This document shows, one piece after another, positions 1 through 7,586 of a stretch of DNA of 25,481 bases (position 1 is its first letter; each line of letters starts with the position of its first letter). The stretch lies in IMG/VR virus record IMGVR_UViG_3300005098_000446; one strand, written 5' to 3'. This DNA is from a virus. The position numbers and the translations under genes are program-made. Below the pieces are notes generated by a model. The model saw only the letters and a list, made by a program, of their open reading frames with translations. It made no database searches and was not told the DNA's origin.

Positions 1-205
1 GACCTCGCGTGATTGTCCGCCGGCGCCGCGTTTTTATCACGGTCTTCTCTCCTCCACGCCCAGAGACATGATCCAACTATAGCCTGCTGCAACGCTTCTT
101 TGGAGGCTGGCATCTGTGGATACACAGTATCCACGTAGGCGGTGCAACGCCGCCACTGGTACGAGGCATATAGCCACATACCATTACCACTATCATCACC
201 ATTGA

Positions 206-240
206 TTATATATAAAGGTTTCGGCGAAGGGTTCATATTG
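206..240. promoter_or_regulatory. Divergent archaeal promoter region
   Basis: TTATATATAA at 206-215; the minus strand reads CGAAACC-TTTATATATAA (BRE+TATA). Same architecture at 5410-5440. Confidence 0.6.
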
Positions 241-261
241 TGTCGTGATGATGATGGTGGC

Positions 262-1572
262 ATGGCGAAGAAAACCAAAACGGCAACGAAGGCAGTGAAG
301 TTCCAGCTACTACCAATCACAAAGGCGAAGAAAGACCGCCTACAGGTGGTTGCTGACAATTTCCGCGAAATATATGCAGTAGCGGCATACCGGCTCCCAT
401 CGCTGGAGAAGACATCGCAGTACGGATCTCGTAGGGCGCTGAACCGCCTGCGCATCGAACTCCATCCGATCACGATCGTCGCCGCACAGATCGCACAGGA
501 GGCAATCGAATACGCGAGAGCCAACTATGAGACTATGCAGACCCAGAAAAGCAAGATACGAAAGACAATCGAACGCCTCGAATACGAAATCGGACGCATA
601 GACGAGAAGATCGAAAAGCCCGGGAAGCGGGAGCGGGTCAGGAAAAAACTCGCTCGGAAAATACGGCGGAAGCGACGTGGGTTACGTACACCGTATCCTA
701 TCCTGACGCACAACATCATCCGCATCCACAACCAATCATGGTCTTTCGTGCACAAAAACGACAGGATATATGTCGTTTTGCCGGTGGAGAAAATAGGGAC
801 CCGATACCGGAAAATCTGGCTTCCGCTGAAGGAGAGCGAGCACTACCGGCACCTCATCTCCAACACAAACAAGTGGGGGGTAGGACAGCTCGACCTCGAC
901 ACGGACACGTTCATCACATCGATCACGGTCAAGCGAGAGGATGTGCGATACGAACCAGAGACATTCATTGGTATAGATCTAGGACTCAACAACATCGCGA
1001 CACTTGCTGTGGTGCAGGATGGCAAGGTGGTGGAGGTCAGGATGTGGAGCGGGAAGGAAGTGGAACATACCCGGCGGCGGTTCCGAGAGTATCGTCGCAC
1101 GGTGTCGAAGATCGGGCGGGTTGATCTGCTGAACGCCAATAGGGGTCGGGAGCAGCGGTGGATGGCATACACCAATCATGTCATATCAAGACAGATCGCG
1201 GAGATCGTGCTAGCGTACCCTAAACCACTGGTGGTCTTCGAGGAACTGTATAGGTTCGTGGATCGAGTACCATGGAACTTCTACCAGATTCGACAAATGA
1301 TCGAATATAAGGTTGTGCCGGTACGGACATTGGGGATACACCCCGCCCGCACATCAGTGATATGCAACCGGTGCGGGGGTGACGATCCGGATAATCGACA
1401 CGGTGTGCATTTCCACTGCACAAAATGTGGTTACCGTGTCCACGCGGACGTGAACGCTGCGATCAACATCGCCAAGAAAGGGGAGTGGGTGCTGCAACAG
1501 GCAAAGAAAAAGGAGTCAGCGAAAAACTTAAGTACCACCACAACACAATCACACAACGGTGATGTACCATGA
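262..1572 (+). CDS. tnpB: TnpB/Cas12f-like RNA-guided nuclease (~436 aa), no flanking IS ends seen
   Basis: RuvC-I GIDLG, RuvC-II VFEEL, Zn finger CNRC...CTKC, RuvC-III HADVNAAINIA. Start moved to ATG 262 (after TATA 206-215 and GATGGTGG) from the track's 142. Confidence 0.9.
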   Translation: MAKKTKTATKAVKFQLLPITKAKKDRLQVVADNFREIYAVAAYRLPSLEKTSQYGSRRALNRLRIELHPITIVAAQIAQEAIEYARANYETMQTQKSKIRKTIERLEYEIGRIDEKIEKPGKRERVRKKLARKIRRKRRGLRTPYPILTHNIIRIHNQSWSFVHKNDRIYVVLPVEKIGTRYRKIWLPLKESEHYRHLISNTNKWGVGQLDLDTDTFITSITVKREDVRYEPETFIGIDLGLNNIATLAVVQDGKVVEVRMWSGKEVEHTRRRFREYRRTVSKIGRVDLLNANRGREQRWMAYTNHVISRQIAEIVLAYPKPLVVFEELYRFVDRVPWNFYQIRQMIEYKVVPVRTLGIHPARTSVICNRCGGDDPDNRHGVHFHCTKCGYRVHADVNAAINIAKKGEWVLQQAKKKESAKNLSTTTTQSHNGDVP

Positions 1573-1739
1573 AAAAACAGATCAGAGTAAGTAGAACAAC
1601 GAGTTACTACCACGACGTTTTCAACAACATCGTCGAAATAACGCAACAGACGGGCGACTCCTTCAGTGAGGTCGTAAACGAATTGTGCCGCGATGGTATT
1701 GCGGCAAGGAGAGCAGCGCAGGAGGCGAAGAAGCAATGA
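1569..1739 (+). CDS. Ribbon-helix-helix-like protein, 56 aa (not in ORF track)
   Basis: MKKQIRVSRTTSYYHDVFNNIVEITQQTGDSFSEVVNELCRDGIAARRAAQEAKKQ. ATGA overlaps with both neighbours; beta-strand plus two-helix pattern. Confidence 0.65.
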   Translation: MKKQIRVSRTTSYYHDVFNNIVEITQQTGDSFSEVVNELCRDGIAARRAAQEAKKQ

Positions 1740-2629
1740 CCGACACACCTGCGAAGACAGTGGGTAACCATGTGGATGACGAGGTAACCAATGCAGGTAA
1801 CCTTGTGGACGATGAGGTAACCAATGTAGGTAACCTTGTGGATGACGAGGTAACCACTGCAGGTAACCACACGAACAGCAGGGATAGAAAGAAACCAACT
1901 GGCACGAAAGCAACGAAAATCCGGGTAACCGATATCGATCGACTCATGGAGATCGCTGTCGACGGCGAGGAGAGTCCGGCATCTGTCCTGACCAGGGTGC
2001 TGGATGAGTACACCCAAATGCGAGACATGAGAGAGCAGATCGATGATCTCCGTGGCGAACTCGATGCGGTCCGACAGTCAGCAAGTGAGCGTGAGAGTAA
2101 GTTGTTGGCGATCATCGATACACTCAAACGTGAGCAGCAGTCGAAGAGTACAGCGGTCATACCAGGTGGAGAGAAGCTGGACACATCTGTCGTCAGAGAT
2201 ATTGTGCTGGACACCAGAGACATCTGTGGCGATGATGCCGAATGTGGAAAAATCATATCGAAGATGCTGGACATCAGGACACATTTCGCCAGCAAAGCTA
2301 TGGAACAGGAGTATGATGCCGAGCAGAAGCGGCTGGACCGTGAGCAGAAGGAGCGTGACAGGAAGTTCAAGGCAGAGCAGGCAGAGAAGGAACGCCAGCA
2401 CCGAATCGAACTCGCCCTGGCGAAGAAGGGCGGCTTCAAAAAGGAGTTTCTGGAGGACGTGGTTTTCATCGGGGGCGGGTCCCCGAAGCGACCGAAAGAG
2501 GAACTCAAGAAGCAGCAACGTTGGGCGAAGGCGAGGTCTGATGAGGAAGACGGCGGCGAGAACCTCCGCAACACGATGACCGAAGGATACGTTGGCGAGG
2601 GTGAGGAAGACATCGATATGGAGGAGTGA
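1736..2629 (+). CDS. Hypothetical protein with N-terminal 11-aa repeats, RHH-like segment and coiled coil
   Basis: ORF 1685-2629; ATG 1736 overlaps the upstream stop; repeats (A/V)GN(H/L)VDDEVT(N/T). Confidence 0.75.
   Translation: MTDTPAKTVGNHVDDEVTNAGNLVDDEVTNVGNLVDDEVTTAGNHTNSRDRKKPTGTKATKIRVTDIDRLMEIAVDGEESPASVLTRVLDEYTQMRDMREQIDDLRGELDAVRQSASERESKLLAIIDTLKREQQSKSTAVIPGGEKLDTSVVRDIVLDTRDICGDDAECGKIISKMLDIRTHFASKAMEQEYDAEQKRLDREQKERDRKFKAEQAEKERQHRIELALAKKGGFKKEFLEDVVFIGGGSPKRPKEELKKQQRWAKARSDEEDGGENLRNTMTEGYVGEGEEDIDMEE
1763..1868. repeat. 33-bp tandem repeat (~3.2 copies) with seven GGTAACC sites
   Basis: GGTAACC at 1763, 1783, 1796, 1816, 1829, 1849 and 1862 (alternating 20/13 spacing); an eighth at 1924. 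Confidence 0.95.
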
Positions 2630-2630
2630 G

Positions 2631-2804
2631 ATGAAAAAGGTTCATCTGTTTGTGATCAGCTGGACTTGCTGCATGTTGATGGGAGTCGGTACAATCATCT
2701 CACTCAACATGAGCGGAGTATCCATGGGAACGTCAGAAGCGCTGTTAATCGGTGTTAACGTGGGCGTAATTGGGATTGTGCTCGGTTATGTACTGGGGGC
2801 GTAA
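2631..2804 (+). CDS. Small membrane protein (2 hydrophobic segments, 57 aa)
   Basis: MKKVHLFVISWTCCMLMGVG...LLIGVNVGVIGIVLGYVLGA; GGAG upstream. Confidence 0.6.
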   Translation: MKKVHLFVISWTCCMLMGVGTIISLNMSGVSMGTSEALLIGVNVGVIGIVLGYVLGA

Positions 2805-2807
2805 ATA

Positions 2808-3149
2808 ATGGCTCTAAAAGAAATCTTTGGTGATATCCCGATTACCCGGGTCATCGACTTCATGCTGAAACACCCAGAGCACGATTACACCGTGAAAGAG
2901 ATCACCGAATACGCGGACGTGGCGCAAGCGGTCGCAAAACGGGATGTGCAACGTCTCGTCGACCGCGGTATGGTCGTCGAGACCCGGAAGATCGGGGGCG
3001 TGCAGCTCTACACACTGGACAGCACCAACGAAATCACGATCGCCCTGATCGAATTCGACGAGACGATCAAAAACATCATGTCGATCGAAACCAACGGCTG
3101 CTCGGAACCGGAGGAGAAGATCACGACGGAAGGTCTGATCATAGATTGA
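2808..3149 (+). CDS. Winged helix-turn-helix protein
   Basis: YTVKEITEYADVAQAVAKRDVQRLVDRGMVVETRKIGGVQLYTL is a typical archaeal wHTH. Confidence 0.8.
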   Translation: MALKEIFGDIPITRVIDFMLKHPEHDYTVKEITEYADVAQAVAKRDVQRLVDRGMVVETRKIGGVQLYTLDSTNEITIALIEFDETIKNIMSIETNGCSEPEEKITTEGLIID

Positions 3150-3177
3150 GCATGAATACGGAATTGGAGGAAGAGGA

Positions 3178-3498
3178 ATGCCAACTAGAAAAACACGCGA
3201 AGAAGTGTACTATGTGAATACCTGCATTGATTGCGGAAAAGAGTTTGAATGTGCTAAGGATAGCACAGAGGAACGATGTTATTCGTGCAGGACAAAGAAG
3301 AACGAAGAACAGGCAACTGAAAAGATGTCTTACCTGGTTGATGCGAAGGTAACCGCTGTCACTCCATTCATGTTCGGTCATATACCGAGTAACCACATCG
3401 CAGAGATAACCGTCAAAACCACTGATGGGAGGAAACTGGTCATCACGGCGGGTGGTTATAATGACGAGAGATACATGGAATTGGAGGAAGAGGAATGA
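3178..3498 (+). CDS. Zn-finger (CIDC...CYSC) plus C-terminal domain paralogous to 3648-3836
   Basis: Two CxxC pairs; DAKVTAV...EITVKT.DGRKLVITAGG...RYMELEEE shared with the paralogue. Confidence 0.7.
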   Translation: MPTRKTREEVYYVNTCIDCGKEFECAKDSTEERCYSCRTKKNEEQATEKMSYLVDAKVTAVTPFMFGHIPSNHIAEITVKTTDGRKLVITAGGYNDERYMELEEEE

Positions 3499-3629
3499 AT
3501 AAATATACACCAGAATACATTAAGGAGAAGATGGATGATTTTATCGACTTTCGGAGTGCCCTGCGAGATGCAGGGTACACATTTTCGTTCGGAAGCGAAA
3601 TCATGCTGTATGCAGTCTGGAAGCGATGA
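3495..3629 (+). CDS. Hypothetical 44-aa protein (not in ORF track)
   Basis: MNKYTPEYIKEKMDDFIDFRSALRDAGYTFSFGSEIMLYAVWKR; ATGA overlap and GGAGG upstream. Confidence 0.55.
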   Translation: MNKYTPEYIKEKMDDFIDFRSALRDAGYTFSFGSEIMLYAVWKR

Positions 3630-3647
3630 AAGCAACTGGGTGAACAC

Positions 3648-3836
3648 ATGACCGAGTCGTTCCATGCTCTGATCGATGCGAAGGTAACCGCTGTAAAACC
3701 CTACACGAATGATTACGGGGTGAACCTACGTGGAGCGATAGGAGAGATAACCGTCAAAACCAATGACGGGAGGAAACTGGTCATCACGGCGGGCGGCTTC
3801 GATGATGATCGATACATGGAACTGGAGGAAGAATAA
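3648..3836 (+). CDS. Hypothetical protein, paralogue of the C-terminal half of 3178-3498
   Basis: Clear amino-acid and DNA similarity to 3330-3498. Confidence 0.7.
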   Translation: MTESFHALIDAKVTAVKPYTNDYGVNLRGAIGEITVKTNDGRKLVITAGGFDDDRYMELEEE

Positions 3837-3838
3837 CC

Positions 3839-4042
3839 ATGATCCAGAGCGCAGAATACATATTGGATAAAATTGAAGAAGTCTGGCATCACTGGCAAAG
3901 CGATGTCAATTCGTGGAGATCGTATACAGCGATGTCAAAAATCGATGAAATATTGAGTGATGCCGAAAAAGAACTTCTTAAAGACCAAGGATGTGAACTT
4001 GATCGAAATGGAAGCCGAAGAACGCCTGATCGGTCTCAGTGA
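3839..4042 (+). CDS. Hypothetical protein
   Basis: ORF sits in the operon 2 nt after the previous stop. Confidence 0.5.
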   Translation: MIQSAEYILDKIEEVWHHWQSDVNSWRSYTAMSKIDEILSDAEKELLKDQGCELDRNGSRRTPDRSQ

Positions 4043-4328
4043 CCGCCTCCATCATCTGGAACTCCTCGATGAGCTTGATCGGCAGGCGGCGAAGACAGAG
4101 CGAGAGAGCCGCACCGCACGGAAGCGGGAGATCAATGCAGAGCGGAAGACGATCCGGGTCCGGCAGGAAGGAGCATTGTATGTGCTAGCGGAAGATATCA
4201 CTGACCCGATCAAGTGGAACGCTCTCATCCGTGCTGGTCTGCTCTACAGGTTACCGGGTAATGTGTGGGGCGTGCGGGTTATCGCCGCGAGTTCACAGGG
4301 ATACGATGTAGTGGAGATGGCGCCGTGA
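4008..4328 (+). CDS. Hypothetical protein, paralogue of 6896-7246
   Basis: Shared LAE.I.D..KWN.LI..GL.YR....W.VR motif; probable start MEAEER within ORF 3957-4328. Confidence 0.65.
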   Translation: MEAEERLIGLSDRLHHLELLDELDRQAAKTERESRTARKREINAERKTIRVRQEGALYVLAEDITDPIKWNALIRAGLLYRLPGNVWGVRVIAASSQGYDVVEMAP

Positions 4329-4696
4329 CGACAAAACCCGAAATCGTCGATAAGATCATCCGGCTATACCGTGATGAAGGGTTGACTATGGCGGAGATAG
4401 CTGCGGAATGCGGTGTCGCGGAACCCACTGTCCGCAGACACCTCCACAAGAGCGGTGTTGAAATCCGCCACCAACAAACCCCGTGGTCAGAAGAAGAGAA
4501 AAATCGCCTCGTTGATCTGGTCAGCGCTGGTCTCAGTGACAGAGAGATGACTTCGTATTTTCCAAATCGCACCCATTCCTCAATCCGGCAGATGAAGGGA
4601 AGGCTGCGAATATGGAGGAGGGTCCAGCGAAACCGCACTATCCAACCTGATGACCCCACCGGACAGCGGCACGACGACAGTGCCGTGACCCGGTGA
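4325..4696 (+). CDS. HTH plus Myb/SANT-like DNA-binding protein
   Basis: GLTMAEIAAECGVAEPTVRRHL (HTH); PWSEEEK...FPNRTHSSIR (Myb-like). GTG start overlaps the previous stop. Confidence 0.75.
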   Translation: MTTKPEIVDKIIRLYRDEGLTMAEIAAECGVAEPTVRRHLHKSGVEIRHQQTPWSEEEKNRLVDLVSAGLSDREMTSYFPNRTHSSIRQMKGRLRIWRRVQRNRTIQPDDPTGQRHDDSAVTR

Positions 4697-4859
4697 ACCA
4701 TTTTTATCGACCGCCAATTTAGAATCGATATGAGCGACGATCTCACAACCTGTCCATATTGGGATATGTGACAGCGAGAAAAAATCGATTCTACAAAAAC
4801 CGACATGCGGCGGCGTGAAATTTGTGACGCTGCCACATGCTGTCAGCAGCGGGGTCAGG

Positions 4860-4982
4860 TCAGTTGCCGTCCGGTTCTTTTCTCATCCTCAGCAGCATCC
4901 CATAGATTTTCGCTGGGTTGTTCTCGATCTCGGCGATGGCTTCTGACATGGGTATGTCGAGCAGTTCGTCGAATGTATACAT
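4860..4982 (-). CDS. Hypothetical 40-aa protein (not in ORF track)
   Basis: MYTFDELLDIPMSEAIAEIENNPAKIYGMLLRMRKEPDGN; amphipathic and protein-like, AGGA upstream. Confidence 0.45.
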   Translation of the reverse strand: MYTFDELLDIPMSEAIAEIENNPAKIYGMLLRMRKEPDGN

Positions 4983-5012
4983 GTGGTCATCCTGGGGAGT
5001 AACGCCGAGAGA

Positions 5013-5400
5013 AAGTGGTGTGCCCCGCAGTTGCCACTTGTGTTTCGTCGCTGGTGCACCGGCGACAGGTATCGACCAACCTATGTAAGACTACGAGGTC
5101 TCTCGGCATGACATCATCTCTACTACACAGTCTTAAAAAAGTTGTGGTAGAGGGATCGCCTGTCCTCCCGGAGATCCGCGCCGATTCGCTGGGTCTATTG
5201 CGCATAGCTTGCACCCAACTATGCTTTGGGCAGCGCGATCGGCTGTTGCCGGTATCGCACAGGGATTTTCACCCTGGTTTTCCCCTCAGGGCTATGTTTT
5301 TCACCAGCAGAGACACGGGGACGTTTGGCGATCCCTTTTGATGTGGTGGGATTGCAACAGATGAAATCTCATTAGAGACCTCGGTGACGTGAGATGATGT
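5013..5400. ncRNA. Candidate structured non-coding RNA of unknown class
   Basis: At least 8 complementary stems found by eye (e.g. 5151-5160/5327-5336 perfect 10 bp; 5047-5054/5059-5066; 5086-5092/5129-5135). No credible ORF. Confidence 0.55.
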
Positions 5401-5634
5401 GTGTTACCCATATATATTTCTTTCGCCGAAACGTTTATGTACAGCACGTACACACCACACACCACATACCATATAGGAGGTATTGAAACGAACGTATCAA
5501 AGACAATACACATGGATGTCAAAATATGGTCAGAGATCAGCCGGATCGCTGACAAGGACTTCGACGGCGATGTTAACGACGCTGTGGAGCATGTATGTAG
5601 GAATGGGCTTGATGTACTAAGGGATAAAAAATGA
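5401..5634 (+). CDS. RHH-like small protein (true start uncertain, downstream of 5401)
   Basis: SKTIHMDVKIWSEISRIADKDFDGDVNDAVEHVCRNGL; ATGA overlap with the next gene. Confidence 0.5.
   Translation: MLPIYISFAETFMYSTYTPHTTYHIGGIETNVSKTIHMDVKIWSEISRIADKDFDGDVNDAVEHVCRNGLDVLRDKK
5410..5440. promoter_or_regulatory. Divergent BRE-TATA promoter pair
   Basis: Minus strand CGAAAGAAATATATAT; plus strand CCGAAACGTTTATGT. Confidence 0.6.
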
Positions 5635-6311
5635 CGGGAATACCTGACGACCATAAAGAGGCTCTCTGGCAACTGTTTGATGCCGCAAAGCGTTTCAGAG
5701 AACAGATCGAGATATTCAGAGGGGAAGAGGTCGACATAGACTCGATCCTGCGGACTGTGATCTATGATGTAGATGGCGCGAACAATTCCCTGATCAGGGA
5801 GATGACCAGTGTGCTCTGGGAAATAGACGTCGTAAGGCGTGCACGACTGATTCGACAGGGGACTAAACTCGACAAAGCACTGAAGGAGCTCGGTGTCGAA
5901 GCGATGTATAGTATCGTGGATTTAGACGATACACTGAACTCACGGGTCAAATGCGTCATGGTCAGATACCCGGCAGAAGAGATCACACCAAAGGATGTGA
6001 GAAGCAGGGTGGAGACGGCGAAAAAATCAGCTATCGCATTGGACCCGATGGGTATTATATATGCTTCAAACCTGAAACACTGTCTTGAAGAGCAAGGATT
6101 ATATGGCGTTGCACTGCAAGATATGCGCGATAAGAGATTCGACTGGCTTCTCGCAGATGTCATATCGAAGGGCAGGCTGCTCACTCATGTGAGACGTGAA
6201 GAGGGTCTTCCCAGACGAATGCCGAAAGAGAAGAAGACGGATAAAAAGGAGGTTTTCTCATGGAGAAAGTTGAGGAACAGAAGACTGAGGACGGTGCACA
6301 AGGGACGGTAA
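5631..6311 (+). CDS. Hypothetical protein
   Basis: 226-aa ORF with natural composition, in operon context. Confidence 0.7.
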   Translation: MTGIPDDHKEALWQLFDAAKRFREQIEIFRGEEVDIDSILRTVIYDVDGANNSLIREMTSVLWEIDVVRRARLIRQGTKLDKALKELGVEAMYSIVDLDDTLNSRVKCVMVRYPAEEITPKDVRSRVETAKKSAIALDPMGIIYASNLKHCLEEQGLYGVALQDMRDKRFDWLLADVISKGRLLTHVRREEGLPRRMPKEKKTDKKEVFSWRKLRNRRLRTVHKGR

Positions 6312-6754
6312 ATGAACAGACCATGAAGCTGGAGTCGGTCATTGCGAAACTGGAGTCGGTCATCGAAAAACAGGCAGAGAAGATCAAAACCCTCCGGCGA
6401 GAAACCGGTGAACTGACATCGACCATCGAAGTGCTAAAAGCATCACTGAAAGACGCTCACAAGTCTTCTGATACGGAGCTGGACCGTTGCAAAGAAGAGG
6501 TCAAATCACTTAACACCGATATCAATTGTCTCCGCGAGCATATACAAGAGGTATCCATTGCACATAGAATAGAGATGCACGAACGCGACCACATGATCGA
6601 CCGCCTAAAAGAAGACTTGCTCGCGAACAAGATTTGCGAAAACGACGAATTAAACACCGGTAAAAAATGTGGAAAACATGTCACAACGGTGAATATCATT
6701 ATCAACGGGTGTGTAGAAGAGCTGCCCGACTCGGAAACAATCGTGTTACCATGA
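6260..6754 (+). CDS. Coiled-coil hypothetical protein
   Basis: Heptad-rich sequence; start may be downstream of 6260. Confidence 0.65.
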   Translation: MEKVEEQKTEDGAQGTVNEQTMKLESVIAKLESVIEKQAEKIKTLRRETGELTSTIEVLKASLKDAHKSSDTELDRCKEEVKSLNTDINCLREHIQEVSIAHRIEMHERDHMIDRLKEDLLANKICENDELNTGKKCGKHVTTVNIIINGCVEELPDSETIVLP

Positions 6755-6895
6755 GCGAAAAAGCACGTAGAAAGCGAGCGATGCGAATTAGGGGCGATAA
6801 GCGTGTCAAGGCGGAGAAGCCGAAAGGTCTGTCGGGACACTGGGCAAGATGGAGAACGATGGACACTGGTCGTCACGCACGGAGGGAAGCCACAC

Positions 6896-7246
6896 ATGGA
6901 CCAAGAACGCATCAATACGAAGATCAATATGCTGGAGACGAGGATACAGGCACTGGAGACGAGCTGGAGACGAGAGAAGTTCAAAGCAGAGCGGGAGATA
7001 ACGAGACGGTGGGAGAAGAAGGAACGGATCCGAGCGAACCGGCTGACGATTAAGGTATCGACAGAATACGGTGACCGCATGGCAATCCCGCCACGAGAGC
7101 CTGAATACAAACTTGCAGAATTCATCAAGGACGCAGTTAAGTGGAACAGCCTGATCAAGAAGGGTCTCATATACCGGCGTGGTGATGGCTGGTATGTCCG
7201 GAAAACACTCGCTGAAGATGGAGGTTTTCTTGTACTGGAGGTATAA
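6896..7246 (+). CDS. Hypothetical protein, paralogue of 4008-4328
   Basis: Shared C-terminal motif; probable start MDQERI after GGAGG. Confidence 0.65.
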   Translation: MDQERINTKINMLETRIQALETSWRREKFKAEREITRRWEKKERIRANRLTIKVSTEYGDRMAIPPREPEYKLAEFIKDAVKWNSLIKKGLIYRRGDGWYVRKTLAEDGGFLVLEV

Positions 7247-7424
7247 CCACGCTCGCAGAGAACCGATCTCGGATCGACACCGGTTGTGTGATAAACCCGT
7301 TGTACATCATCCACCGCCTTCAGCAGCTTGACGACTACATCCCAAGGTGCGAAGATGCTGAACAGGTGGTCGCATTGAGAAAAGAACAGCGTTTGCTGCA
7401 GAAACATGTGAAGGAGGATCATCT

Positions 7425-7586
7425 GTGAACATCGATAAGATCGCGGAGGAGCTGGGAGAAGCCCTCTGCGAAAACAGTGAGTGCGATTATGCAAGGAGAT
7501 TTCTGGCGAGGGTGAATCTCGAAGATGGTCGCACGGCTCGCCTGGACCTTGTTTTGAGAGTAGAGAAGGATGACCCGTTGGACTGA
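7425..7586 (+). CDS. Hypothetical 53-aa protein (not in ORF track)
   Basis: GTG start after AGGAGG; MNIDKIAEELGEALCENSECDYARRFLARVNLEDGRTARLDLVLRVEKDDPLD. Confidence 0.5.
   Translation: MNIDKIAEELGEALCENSECDYARRFLARVNLEDGRTARLDLVLRVEKDDPLD

Noticed and set aside
142-261. N-terminal extensions given by the ORF track (also 19150-19335 and 16254-16298)
   Set aside because: They cross promoter, RBS or IS-end sequence; downstream starts have proper RBSs.
1763-1868. CRISPR array
   Set aside because: Contiguous in-frame 33-bp units with no unique spacers.
5013-5400. RNase P, SRP RNA, tRNA or IS110 bridge RNA
   Set aside because: No GAGGAAAGUCC or SRP helix-8 motif or cloverleaf seen. Both loop segments complement the same strand, unlike bridge-RNA guides, and there is no IS110 recombinase.
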